From Botryllus schlosseri (taxonomy: Eukaryota), in contig CM119371.1 of assembly GCA_051294905.1 (NCBI GenBank), positions 39,806,001 through 39,870,000 of the forward strand: a stretch of 64,000 bases of DNA. The letters run 5' to 3'. The notes beneath the pieces were generated by a model that was not told where the DNA came from, ran no database searches, and saw nothing but the letters and a program-made list of their open reading frames with translations. The translations under genes were made by a program, and so were the position numbers. Numbering within the stretch: position 1 is the first letter of the stretch; each line of letters starts with the position of its first letter. Of this stretch, positions 52,045-63,809 are shown in pieces.

Positions 52045-53302
52045 GGCTAATTCCATTATAATTCAACAGGGGCTGTAATGCATACCCTCAGAATTGTCCA
52101 ATATTTACAAATGTTATTATTTTTTGAATTCCAAGTTTATTAAAAAAAAAAAAATTGAAAAATGTTCAGCGGTTTAAAAGATATTGCGATTTAAAATCCT
52201 CTCGTCACTAGGTGGCGCTACTTTCAAAAATCTTTGAAATCGATATTTTTCGCTTAAATGATGGTAGAGAACCAATTAAAATGTCCATTAAACCAATTCT
52301 GGGGCCAAGGAATTCAATGAAACCAACTGTTTCGCCCTAAACTCAATGAAAAAAAAGTTACGAATGAAAAAAAATGGGGGGGACGGGCTTGAAAATGTCT
52401 GTAGGATACGGCCTACACAAAAAAAATTCTTGTGAAATGTGCTTTTAAGGAGTATGGTTGATAAAAAGCTTGATTTTAAATTTCACATTCATTCCACCGT
52501 GAAATATGCATTACATAAAAATTTCATGGTCCTAACCCATATCCCTGCTCATCGTAAATACTATTATGACCAGTCAGATATATCAATAAATTTATTCGTA
52601 TTGGTTTTCGAAATTTTTCAAGTAGATTTCGCGCGGAACCACCGCTTCAACAATAATAGAAGCAAGTAACAAAAGACAAATTTACAATTGATCTTGAAAT
52701 GTGGCAAGGATTCTACTTGAAAAATTTCGAAAACTAGAATAGAAAAATTTAATGATATATATGACTGGTGATAATAGTATTTACGGTGAGCAGGGATATG
52801 GGTTGGGACCATGAAATTTTTATGTAATGCATATTTCACGGTGGAATGAATGTGAAATTTAAAATCAAGCTTTTTATCAACCATACTCCTTAAAAGCACA
52901 TGTCACAAGATTTTTTTTTTGTGTAGGCCGTATCCTACAGACATTTTCAAGCCCGTCCCCCCCATTTTTTTTCATCCGTTACTTTTTTTTTCATTGAGTT
53001 TAGGGCGAAACAGTTGGTTTTCTTGAATTCCTTGGCCCCAGAATTGGTTAAATGGACATTTTAATTGGTTCTCCACCATCATTTACGCGAAAAATATCGA
53101 TTTGAAAGATTTTTGAAAGTAGCGCCACCTAGTGACGAGAGGATTTTAAATCGCAATATCTTTTGAACCACTGAACATTTTTCAATTTTTTTTTTTACTA
53201 AACTTGGAATTCGAAAAAGAACAACATATGTAAATATTGGACAATTCTGAAAGTATGCATTACAAATCTCAAAAAATTTGCTGAATTATAATGGAATTAG
53301 CC
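52045..53302. mobile_element. Long palindromic foldback MITE (~585-bp arms, ~80-bp spacer), apparent 4-bp TSD
   Basis: AGTA|GGCTAATTCCATTATAATTCA...TGAATTATAATGGAATTAGCC|AGTA; a partial older arm lies at about 60110-60618. Confidence 0.9.
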
Positions 53303-53809
53303 AGTAGTAACAATCTACGATGCTTGGAGCAGGCCTGAATCGATATATCTACGAAGGGTCTTATCCGCGCCGGCAGACCGGTAAGGCTCCAATATCACGC
53401 GGCTGGAAAGGTCCTCCCACCGATCCCCGGCTTGATTCGCGACACAGTGCGACAGTACGTTTTAATATTCTTGCAAATGCTAAAGTAACGTTTATATTAT
53501 TTTATTAAGTCCTGATCAGCATTCCCTTAATTCATCATTCTCCATACGCTCCGACCCATCACCGTGATTTTATAGGATATTTTGCCATCCTCCCAGAATA
53601 CAGTTTCACCGGACCATTGACGGGACCATACGGCTTTTCGCGTGTAACACAGCGACGTAGCATCAACCATGTTGTGCGGTATGAAGCCATTTCGGTGCTG
53701 TTATTTCAAAGTTGCTTGAAGTTACTTTACCGCGGTTCGACGATTATGCATTTTTATCATACTTTCATCGATTCAGTACACCACACGATTGTAATAAAAT
53801 GAAATTCTA

Positions 53810-53937
53810 GGATCCTTCAAAGGAGTCCATACGTATTGGAGTGGTGAGCTGCCGAAGGCAGCATAGCGACAAAAACTACGAGCTGCGCCCGCAAGGGCGC
53901 AGTATAGAGAAAGCGCGATGGATCCACCAAAGTTCTT
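53810..53937. other. Double-hairpin module (GCTGCC-GAA-GGCAGC; CTGCGCCC-GCAA-GGGCGCAG) bounded by GGATCC
   Basis: Perfect stems at 53848-53862 and 53883-53902; related module at about 22300-22432. Confidence 0.6.
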
Positions 53938-54751
53938 ATTGGAGTTTTAATCGTAGATATGTCGTTAAAATATAGTGATAAACAATACATTTGGTGTTTT
54001 AGCCAAGGGATCTTCCTCCGTAAGCTGTCATAGGCGGGCTTAACCCTACCGACAAAAATCCAAAGATTGGTATTATGGGTAGATATAATGTAATATAAAA
54101 TCTGGAAAAGTAGTGGATAAAAGGTAAGATGTAATTAAGTAAAGGAGTTGTAGTATAGATGTATGAAATAGTAGATATTCAACAAAAAGATATATTTATA
54201 TGTGTAAATATGCAACAAAACATATATAAATTCGTGAAAACTTAGTATAAGCAGAGGGAATGAATATAGTAAAATGGATATTGACTCATTCCAAAGCAAC
54301 TCTACCCTAGCACCTTACTTCGTCAGGGGTATAAAGGCGTGGGTAGGGTCTTAGCCTCTCCTTTTCTGTCGCAATTAACCGGTAATGCTTACACCCAATC
54401 GGTCGCCCACCCTAGGCCGAGAACAGTGGTTCCCAAAGTGCGCAATATCGCCGCTGGAACGAATTTGAGAGACAGTGGTCGAAAATGTTAGAACGTTCAG
54501 TTAATAAGTAAACTGGGTTTTTGCTAAGTACAATGTAGACGATTGATGTGATAGGAATGTCGAGGCTGATAGAAAAGCAGTTCAATGCTTGACTCATCCC
54601 AGCTCGCGGGGTGAAAATGATCAAATGTAACAAATTTGCTCTAAACCTGTAATTTGACCTAAGGTCAAAACCCATGTCGCGAGACGTCACTCAGAGGTTC
54701 TCAAACTTTCTAGAGCGCCACAAAAATCGGACTGTTATAACATCTCGCGAC

Positions 54752-55253
54752 TAGGGCTGGACAAGATTCGATTCCGAATCACGTAATATGCTTCGAGTCG
54801 AGTCGAGGATCGAGTATTAATCACTATGACGTCATTACAGAATGCAATATGTCTAAGTTCAAATACGTACCTTTTATGTGACCACAAATAATGTAATGCC
54901 TGCTTTCCATCACATTTAAGATACTTCGGTATTTATTCAACCATACCGATTTCATTGCACTTGGTAACAATGTTGTGGAATGATCATGACTGCGGAAATG
55001 TGCTATTCACAGTAACGTACATATCTTTGTACTATATGTTTCATTTGTTAAGATACGGGCAATTAAGGTTTCAATGCTTCAACAGTGAAAATCTGTGTCG
55101 AAACTATCATTCTCGTTGCTAATTTAACTTTCTGTGGCGATGAGGAGCGTATAATTTCATTACTCGAAAAATCGCATTTTACCTCTCGACTCGAATCATT
55201 AAAATTAATACTCGATTCAGATTCGAGTACTCGAATTATTGTGCCCAGCCCTA
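54752..55253 (+). mobile_element. hAT-type MITE, TAGGGCTGGGC family
   Basis: TAGGGCTGGAC...TGCCCAGCCCTA; perfect TSD CTCGCGAC. Confidence 0.92.
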
Positions 55254-55851
55254 CTCGCGACCCAAGCCTCACATTTCTCATTTTCTATTGCTATTGTTTT
55301 TTATTGTTGCGATCAAAGCTCTGTGGCTGCTTTAGTCGTTTCAAAATCCAATGTGTCTGGTGTGATAGCCAATTGATGAAACGCGCATCAAAGTTGTTAC
55401 GACAATATGGCCGGTAAGTCTGTTACTATCACGTGACTGTACGACTGCACGCTTTACTATTCGCACAAATGAATTATACCCCTTTCGTATCATTTGTTCA
55501 CAGGTCATCACTGATTCCGCAATGTGTGTTCAGTTTAGCACCAGTATGGTATCCAACTGCCTGCTGCTGAAATAGTGTTGCAGATTTTAAAACCAAATGT
55601 TTGTTTAGCCGAGTTGCGTGCATAAGCAACAACTTTCAGTAGCAATAATAGGGCCTACTCGCTATTATAACATGGAAAGACTTGTACACACTACCCTGGT
55701 TGAATGCCAACTAACTAACAATTGTTGAATACTCATATAGTTTTACTTGCGTATTTCGAAAACTGAGTAGTTCTAGTTGTAATGTAGGTATAGTCTCGAA
55801 TTTGTAATTTTCGGAACTTGGCTGTTGTGTAAAGTATGTTTGCATCAATAC

Positions 55852-56119
55852 TAGTCAGGGGTCACGTTTACCGGAACACCAACTCTCATTTCGATCTCGC
55901 CTTCATACACATACCACCTCTTTTTGTCACCTGTCCTTTTTATTATCTTCCTTTCTTTTCATTTAGTGTGTATGCCCACTTTTTACATAGCCTTGGCCTG
56001 GTGGAAGTCTGACTTCAAAGACTACTCCAAGTCGTTGCGACGCCTTCCTATCTTTTCATTGCATCGCAGTCTTGTGGTGGATTGAAATGATGAAATAGTT
56101 ATTAATAAATTGAATTGAA
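55852..56119 (+). mobile_element. ~270-bp retroposon-like element, diverged copy
   Basis: Homologous to 49925-50198; tail aataaattgaattgaa. Confidence 0.65.
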
Positions 56120-58850
56120 CCTACATAAATGAAATATGCAAACAAACTGCGCAAATTAGCCGCTATGCCACAGCATCGGCCTCTACTTTCGAAAATGCCT
56201 CGTAATCATATTGTCAATAATCTGCTTTTGTGCTGATTGAAAGCAGTAACTCCCGAACAACGATACTAAAAGCATGGTGCTCCTCGCCAAAATCTACCAT
56301 TACAAACAACTTGCTCAAAAACTTTACATGCGGTACATTTTCTTTTCACGTGTCTTCGACATCGTTATAGCTACTTGTACTCCACTCGGAATCGAAGCCG
56401 TTACACTTCTCGTGTATCAACGATGACTCCTTTGCATCTTGGGTAGCACTCGAAACTAACACTATTATATTTCCTCAGACTTACACCATTGAATAGCAGT
56501 GAGATCTGTATTGAACCAAATCAACGATAACGATTTGTAACGATCGAGTTAACATGACAAGACATCACGCAGCAGATCTAGTTGCCGAGTCCGGATCAAA
56601 TCAGAATTCACCATTCATATACTTTTCCGTCCGTATTCGCCCGAATATTCACCATACCAACTGAGCGATCTTTTGGATCTGTCTCCTTCATCATTTTCAC
56701 TCGGCTACGTTACGGTCCCAATCGTCCAAAGCGAGAGCGCACACTTGTTGTTTTACAGAGATAAAACCCAACTGTTCGTAAATCGACGAGTCGGAAGTGC
56801 GGAAAAAATACATCAAACCTGGCCGCTCTTCGGTGGCAATCTTCGTTGGCTCGTGGAGCACATAACACTCAGGCTACGATTGATAAGCAATTGGCATTGA
56901 TCGAGAGCAGGTACCGACTGAATCAATTTAAAATCTCTCATATCCCAAACTTCAGTGTTTATGATCACTTCCAAACCATTTGACGGAATACACTGCTGAC
57001 GGCATGGTTGAACTCCTCAAATCTATATACAGGTAACGTCTGGTGCTTTCGGACATCCCAGAAACACCCGTCGCTTAGGACTAACCGGTCGTCATACGAA
57101 AACGTGGCGCGTTTTTTTGGTAGCAACGCGAGTGGTTGTCTTCTATATAGGTATAAGCACCCGCGTCATTTCCGTAGGTGTTGATAGCCGTGCCAGTGTT
57201 GAGTCGAAGATAATTGCTTGGGTTGAAACACTCGTGACGACTATTTTGTCTTGCACGGTCTTGGAAAATTCGACGTATTCAATACTGTCAAAGTTACCTT
57301 TATGTCGGACGTTTTGTCCATAGCTAAAAGAATGCAGTTGTGGAAGCACCAGTTGGACCATAGGGTCAGCATCACGCCTCCGGCGTACGAGGGTTCGATG
57401 CTAATAACGGCCGAATCGAAAACTCCTGTCTTGATGCGATCTTCAAAGTTTGACGCTCTGGGGAAGTGAAAATTTCCAGCACTGTCTCCGAGAATCAGTT
57501 CGCAATGGTCATCATGACTGAACGCAACAGACATGAAGCGCGAATTTCGATCCCTGGCAGGCCGGATCTCCCCAGCAGGCCTGAATTGGCTGTAGATCAT
57601 TCTCAATTCGTGCCTCATACCGCCCCATTCAGGATAAACCCCCTGTCGATCACAGTGTCGTTTTCGGATGTTGATCGATGCTTCAATTTTGTTCATAAGC
57701 TTGGAGCAACGGTGGCGAATGAATAGAGAAAACGGGGGCATAGGTGCTACCGGATTTCGACTTTTGGAGTGTTTGTGATTGCTGCATTCCTCGATGAGAG
57801 AATTGAGAGTAACACACCGAGCGATATCATTTTCTGCAATAAACCTTTTGCTAGTTTCTAATTTTTTCACATATTGATCCATGAATAAAAAGTTATCATC
57901 TGCATCTGGAAAAGCCTCAACCCAAAGTGTCCTGCGAGGATCCGACAAAACAGACAAATATAAATAATCAGCAGAAAGTCCTCATAGTCTCCGAGGCAAC
58001 ATTACTTGTCATCACATTCTTCCAGTAAGCGTCGAGTGTAATTGCTCTTCTCGTTACGATTCTTTCCAAGAGTAACTTCACTTCGTTGCAAAACTTGACG
58101 TGTAGCTGTTTGCTGTCTTTGCGAATTGGCTTCAGGATAGCTTCATGTATTTTGCTGGTCAACACGTGAAGCTTTGGTGAGATCTCACGCAGTGGACGGT
58201 ATTCGGCAAATCTTATGAGCGCTTTACAAGCAAAGTAACGGGTTTCATCTGCCGTACGTACCGGCTTCGTGACACCTAACAAAGATAGCAGGGTGTTCAA
58301 GCCATCTGCCTGCCGAATGAGTTTCTTTAACTTCACGTTTCTTCTTGTTACATCATGGTGCAGCATGCACTTTGAAAGGTTCACGTCCGGATGCATAATA
58401 GTGCTGATAACAAGATACGATATCTCACATATCCTCCACAGTCATATCTTTCAAAATCTGGCAGTAGTCCACATTCCAGACAGCTTGATCGTCCCACACT
58501 TTGGAAGACAAGAGAATAGCACCTGAACACAAAATCGACCAAATTACCAGCTATAAATAGTCAATCAAATGGACCAAGTTATCATAATTAAATAAGGGAA
58601 AGCAAAAATCGTGATATAGAGAATATATAATGAAACACATTCTCATTCATAGCATATTGCCACATTGTAAAGACCTGGCTCGCCCGCACAAACTACCAAT
58701 GTTGTTTCGTTGAAGGTTAACTAAATACCGTTTTTTGAGTGGTTCTAGTTCTAGTTGCGTGTTTTGAAATAGATTTGTTCCAGGTCTTTTTCTTTAAAAA
58801 AAGGAATTAGTTGCGGACCAACTAGAAAGCCATCGTTAGGCATAATCATT

Positions 58851-59312
58851 AAGGCGATTTTTTCTTTACACGTTGAAATTATGTCAAAATTGTAGCGTTA
58901 GGTCAAAATATGAACTTTCTTTCTCTATTCTTGACAAGATACTTAGTAGGGCATACACTTTCTACCCGATAATGGAGGAAAATATATTTTGTTGTGCTAC
59001 AAAATTTTCTCATTGTTCCTACCATAATGCGTAATTTAACTACTGGAATTCTTCATATGGCTAGATTTTGTTGAAATGATATTTTTTGATGTAAAAATTT
59101 GCCAGTTTTTAGGGCAAATTTTTTTTTTGTCAGGCTGAAGCACTTCGATAGGACAGGCATTTCCAACCAGAAATGAAGATATAAGTAGTAAAATTCTAAC
59201 TTTATGTGGGAAAACCCCAAATTTGACTACGTTAGGTCAAATTTGGTCAAAATTAAGATTCTTAAGGTAAAAAATGTCAAAATTCTGATTTTTTAGGTGA
59301 AAAAATCGCCTA
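58851..59312. mobile_element. MITE of the AGGCGATTTTTT/TTTGACCT family inserted in copy D
   Basis: aggcgattttt ... aaaaatcgccta inverted ends; related to 29088-29400. Confidence 0.65.
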
Positions 59313-59714
59313 CTAATGACAATCGTGCAGTTAACGAGTGCACACACCTAGCACGATACGCTTCAATTCCCAGGACATAAAATAATATCCGGGTATGCTA
59401 ATAACCTTTTTAAATAAACCTGAAAAGAGGAAGAAGCAAGTCACTAATGGCACCAATAATCTATCAAAGGATCATTGGCAACGTAGAGAAGCAATCGATA
59501 CAATAAAGAGCTGATTTGAAGTTTAAATATAAAAACTGTGTATGGGGGTGGGATATAGGCGCATATATATTGATGTATATAATTTTCCGCTGATTAAAAT
59601 ATGTAATGTTTGAATGGATGGGGACTGGGGAATATTAATAAGACAATATGAGAGAAAATCATTTTAATATACTGGCGTTTGTCTCATTCTTGATGAAGTA
59701 GCGGTGTGCTTATT

Positions 59715-61331
59715 GGGACTGTTCAAAAATAACATTTTTTTCAAATGTTACGGCCCACTTAATAAAACTGTTGGATTGCCTGAATAAAACCACGCTGCAA
59801 ACCAATTTTGGCAAAATCCAACCAATAGAAGCATTGCTATATAAGAAAAAGTATTATATTTATTTAATAAAGATCAATATAAAAATTACTGGCAACCCCA
59901 TGAAATTGTTAGGTTGCATGAAGAAAAAATGTACAACAAGTTTGGCTTAATTCCAACCAGTAAAAGCAAAGTTATTAGAGTACAAAATTTTCGGATTTGT
60001 AAAAAATAGTATTTACAGTGGAATAGTTTTCAATTATCTACTATGGATCTTTCAGATTATTCATGGCTTATAATAGTATTTACAGTGAACAGCTGGTCTG
60101 TGCTGCTCATCGTAAATACTATTTCAAGCAATCAATAATTGAGATTTCATGAAGGAATAGATGGCACCTCCTAAATCCTATTTTATATCAACCATACTGC
60201 TTCAAAGTACATTTTGCAATATTTTTTGTTTTGTGGAAACGGAACACCACATTGATTTTCAAGTCCCCCCCCCCACGGCTTTATATCCTCGGTAACATTT
60301 TTCCATCGAGTTTAGAGCAAAAAAGTTGATTTTTTCCAATTCCTTGGTCCCAGAATTGTATAATTAGACATTCTAATTGGTTCTCCACCATCAATAAAGA
60401 AAAAAAATATCGATTTTAAAGATTTTTGCATGCAGCGCCACCTAGTGACAAGAATCGCATTTTGAATCGCATTATCTTTTGAACAGTTGGAAAATTTTCA
60501 AAATTTTTTTCAATCTACTTAGAATTCAAAAAAGAACAACATTTGAAAATATTTGACAATTCTGAGGGCATGCATTACAAATTTCAAAAAATTTGCTTAA
60601 TTATAATGGAATGAGTCTCCTTTTGGTTGGAATTGAGACAAATTTGTTGTGTTTCGCTTTTTCAGACAACCTGACAATTTTGTGAGGTTAGCCAGCAGGG
60701 TTGTAATGACTCGAGTCATGACTGGATTCGAGTCACGATTTTCTGATGACTCGACTAGAGTCGAGTCATTTTCTCAAAATACGGAAATGACTCAACTTGA
60801 GTCAATTTGTGTGTTGACTCGACTTGCAATCGAGTCATTGCGCATGACTTGAACCAAGTCCTATGACTTGATACTCACACCGTCACCTCAAGACCGACAT
60901 TTCATTTTGATTTTGAGGAATAGTAAAATAACCACACTATTGGGATTTCATCTATCGGTACTGGTACTTGATAATGTGACCAGAAAATGCTAAAAGTGGG
61001 TTTAACAAGACTTTACCTTGAAACTGAGCAGTCAACACAATGACTCGGACTCGACCCTCTGCTCTCTGACTTGGACTCAAACTTGCCTCGGTGGTGAATT
61101 GAAAATGACTCAAGTCGAGTCAAAACTATAAAAGTGAGATTGACTTGCGGCTCGGAGCCTTGTGACTTGGTTAAAACCCTGGTAGCCAGTAAAATTTAGG
61201 AAATATTTAGGGCTGTTTTTCCACAGGTTTCTTCTTATATAGCAATGCGTCCATGGGTTGAAATAGAGCCAAAATTGGATCTCAATTTTCATCAAGCAGC
61301 CAGTAAAATTATTAAAATTTGAACAGCCTTA
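59715..61331. mobile_element. Degenerate TAGGG..TTCAAAAA-family MITE with nested foldback arm and GACTCGAGTC MITE
   Basis: Left arm 59715-60010; right-arm pieces 60620-60695 and 61182-61331. Confidence 0.6.
60696..61181 (+). mobile_element. hAT-type MITE, GACTCGAGTC family
   Basis: CAGGGTTGTAA...TTAAAACCCTG; TSD ttagccag/gtagccag. Confidence 0.9.
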
Positions 61332-61777
61332 TTGCAGCATGTCTTATAAATAAATAATACATGAAATCAGATAAAAATACACCTAATTACTTCTACTGTT
61401 ACCGGAGAAATGATTTTAATCACTTCAAGCGTTTCATTGTTTCAGGAATTCAATTTTATCGGTAATTGATGACAAGACGAATCGACTTGACAACGAGTTC
61501 TGTCACAGAGGATTGGTAAGTGAGCTAGAGCAAACGAAGTAGTCTCCCAGGAATTAAAACTATTAGATCTGCTATCGCCTCATCAGTGGGCTGATAGAAA
61601 TCTGAATAATATATTCATATTGAAATCAGCCCAAATATATTTACGGCTGACAATCAATCCCGGGGGTAATCGTTAAGACCTCGTAGAGATTTCAAAAGAA
61701 GTTTGTAGCTTATATCAACAATCGTGATGTCATATTTAGCGACACGATTGTTGATGCACAAAGTTCTTTCAAAATCC

Positions 61778-62281
61778 CAGGGTAGTAACCAAGTCACAAG
61801 TCAATCTCACTTTTATAGTTTTGACTCGAGTCATTTTCAATTCACTGCCGAGTCAAGTCCGAGTCCAAGTCAGCTAGCCGAGGGTCGAGTCCGAGTCATG
61901 GTATTATGACGAGTCTGACTCCAAGTCATTGTGTTGAATGCTCGATTCCCAGTTAACGTCTTGTTAAACCCACTGTTGTAACTGTTTTGGCAACATCGAA
62001 TGGTTCGCATCTATAATATACTAATTTTCCTCACTTTTAGCAGTTTCTGGTCGTATTTTCAAGTACCGGTACCAGTACCAACAGACAAGATATGAATGGT
62101 GTGGTTATTTAACTTTTCTTCGATATTACAATGAAATGTCGGTCTTATTTGTTTGAGTCTCGAGTCATATCCTTGGTTCGAGTCATGCGCAATGACTCGA
62201 GTCCAAGTCGAGTCAATACACAAATTGACTCGAGTCAAGTCGAGTCGTCGGAAAATCGTGACTCAAGTCATTACAACCCTG
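61778..62281 (-). mobile_element. hAT-type MITE, GACTCGAGTC family, inserted in copy D coding sequence
   Basis: CAGGGTAGTAA...TTACAACCCTG; perfect TSD CAAAATCC. Confidence 0.92.
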
Positions 62282-62651
62282 CAAAATCCCATCTAGTCAC
62301 CGACGATCAACCCCCTGACGAGTGTCAGCCGAAAATATTCCGATTCATTTAAATAAGAATACACTATTCAATAGTATGGTACCGCATGTCGAAGTTCTGT
62401 TGGCTGCCTGCAAGAGAATCCTTACCAAAGTAACTATTGTACATCCCGCAGTCAATTGCGCCGCACTAAATAACGTCCTGATGAAGCGATAAATATGCCG
62501 ATGCTCCGGCTCTCACTTGTCGTAATCCGACAGCACATGATCGCACTGAAATGAAGATCGAAAAAACGCGGTTTGTAAGTCTTGGTATCGTATTATTGAA
62601 TCAAGCATTGGCAGTTTACTCGCAAACATTGTTGGTCGTCAAAACACATCC

Positions 62652-63546
62652 CAGACTTGGGCCACAAATTTTCAGATTTTCTATATGAGATAGAATTATT
62701 GCTGTGTACACTGTACAGCCTTTATCCAAATTGGACTCGAATTAGAATTATTGCCACACGGTTTATTCCAAATTAGAATATTCGCTGCACAAGTTTATTC
62801 TAAATTTGACAAGAATTAGAATTGTAGCCACACAGTTTATTCCAAATTTGATTGAAACTAAGAATAATAGTTGCACAGTTTTTTTTCAAAATTAAACTAG
62901 AATTAGAATTATAGCCACACATGCTAGTCCAAATTAGATTAGAATTATAGCAAGAATTTTTTCAAATCAGATTAGAATTAGGATTATAACTATATTTTTC
63001 CAAATTACGTTGGAATTGAAATTGTGGCTACGGTTTATTCCTAATTAGATTAAAATTAGAATAATAGCTACGCAGTTTATTTTCTAAGTTTGATTAGAAC
63101 TAGAATTATAGCTAACATTTTTTTCAAATTACATTACAATGAAAATTGTGGCTAAAGTTTATTCCAAATTAGATTAAAATTAGAATAATAGCTATACAGT
63201 GTTTATCTAATTAGACTAGAATTACAATTATCGCTAGTTTTTCCTTCAAATTAAGTAAGGATTAAAATTATGGCTACAGTTTTTTCCACATTCGAATTAC
63301 CTCCACAAAAACTTGTAAATTGAATGGAGTTTGTTGATATCAAATCAGAGGCACGAGAATTGCAAATGTTAGTGTACAGAAAACTCGGCGCGATTTGCAG
63401 TGTACAGTAAGTCTGTAGCAGTTTCAGGTAAACCAGAAATTAGGTCAATATCAGAATTACAATTAGATCGTAGAAAGATTTTTCAAATTAAACTAGAATT
63501 AGAATGATGGCATCTGGCTTTAAAATTAAGTAGTTGTCCAAGTTTG
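62652..63546. mobile_element. Satellite-bearing TIR element (AATTAG repeats)
   Basis: CAGACTTGGGC...GTCCAAGTTTG enclosing ~40-45 bp degenerate repeats like those at 1-410; no TSD seen. Confidence 0.7.
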
Positions 63547-63809
63547 CTGCTAACGATCTTGATATATGTAAAAATTTATTTCGGGTTTACAGATTACTGG
63601 CGCCGGACATAGTACAAGTCCTCAAACCATACCATGAACTATTACAAATCGAAAATATCTCACTGTCAAAGGATGCTTTTTTTCGTCGAAAATTACCTTA
63701 GTCTTCTTTCCACTGTCCCATTTTTCGATAAGGTGATAAACGGCTAATGCCACGCTGTATGGACAGAAAATACGGGTGGCAACGATATTGGATAACGTAA
63801 TAAGTTCCA

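Larger units (their letters stand above)
48328..53760 (-). pseudogene. DCAF1: DCAF1/VprBP-like pseudogene, copy H (near full length)
   Basis: ADKTLRRYIDSGLL~ADQPLRTYSTGLL; VIRLVDPTQSHIDYTLSYTVKYL~MMFYIDLKQTNDVLLTFEALKHL; KSWVP..LKSLLGIVS~LYWEP..VQLLLQLIS; DRVRPVMKFIE~SRFRPISVFRE; TNHGLQFI~HPNGLEVI; VMILYEY~VCRLYEV. Confidence 0.72.
54470..56555 (-). pseudogene. DCAF1: DCAF1/VprBP-like pseudogene, copy I (N-terminal half)
   Basis: ATG at 56555; KFLSKLFVMVDF~HLLRILFKNDDF; HAFSIVVRELLLSI~PPLNTAACRLLLDI; LLHLIIFTPRAGMSQALNCFSISL~TLWLMECSHASGCCHATMFFSICF. Confidence 0.65.
56615..63760 (-). pseudogene. DCAF1: DCAF1/VprBP-like pseudogene, copy D (best preserved, near full length)
   Basis: ORFs 57968-58396 and 57241-57957 align clearly: ADETRYFACKAL~ADQIRALACKAL, HVKFC, NPVAPMPPFSLF~NPVATCPPFSLF, YVEFSK, DGCFWDVR~[30 protein letters not shown]. 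Several frameshifts and stops. Upstream remnants at 61400-62650 and 63550-63760 (LIEKWD~LLEQWE). Confidence 0.9.

Noticed and set aside
62476..62510. Possible hammerhead ribozyme core (CTGATGA)
   Set aside because: No stem II followed by GAAA; the sequence is antisense DCAF1-like coding remnant.
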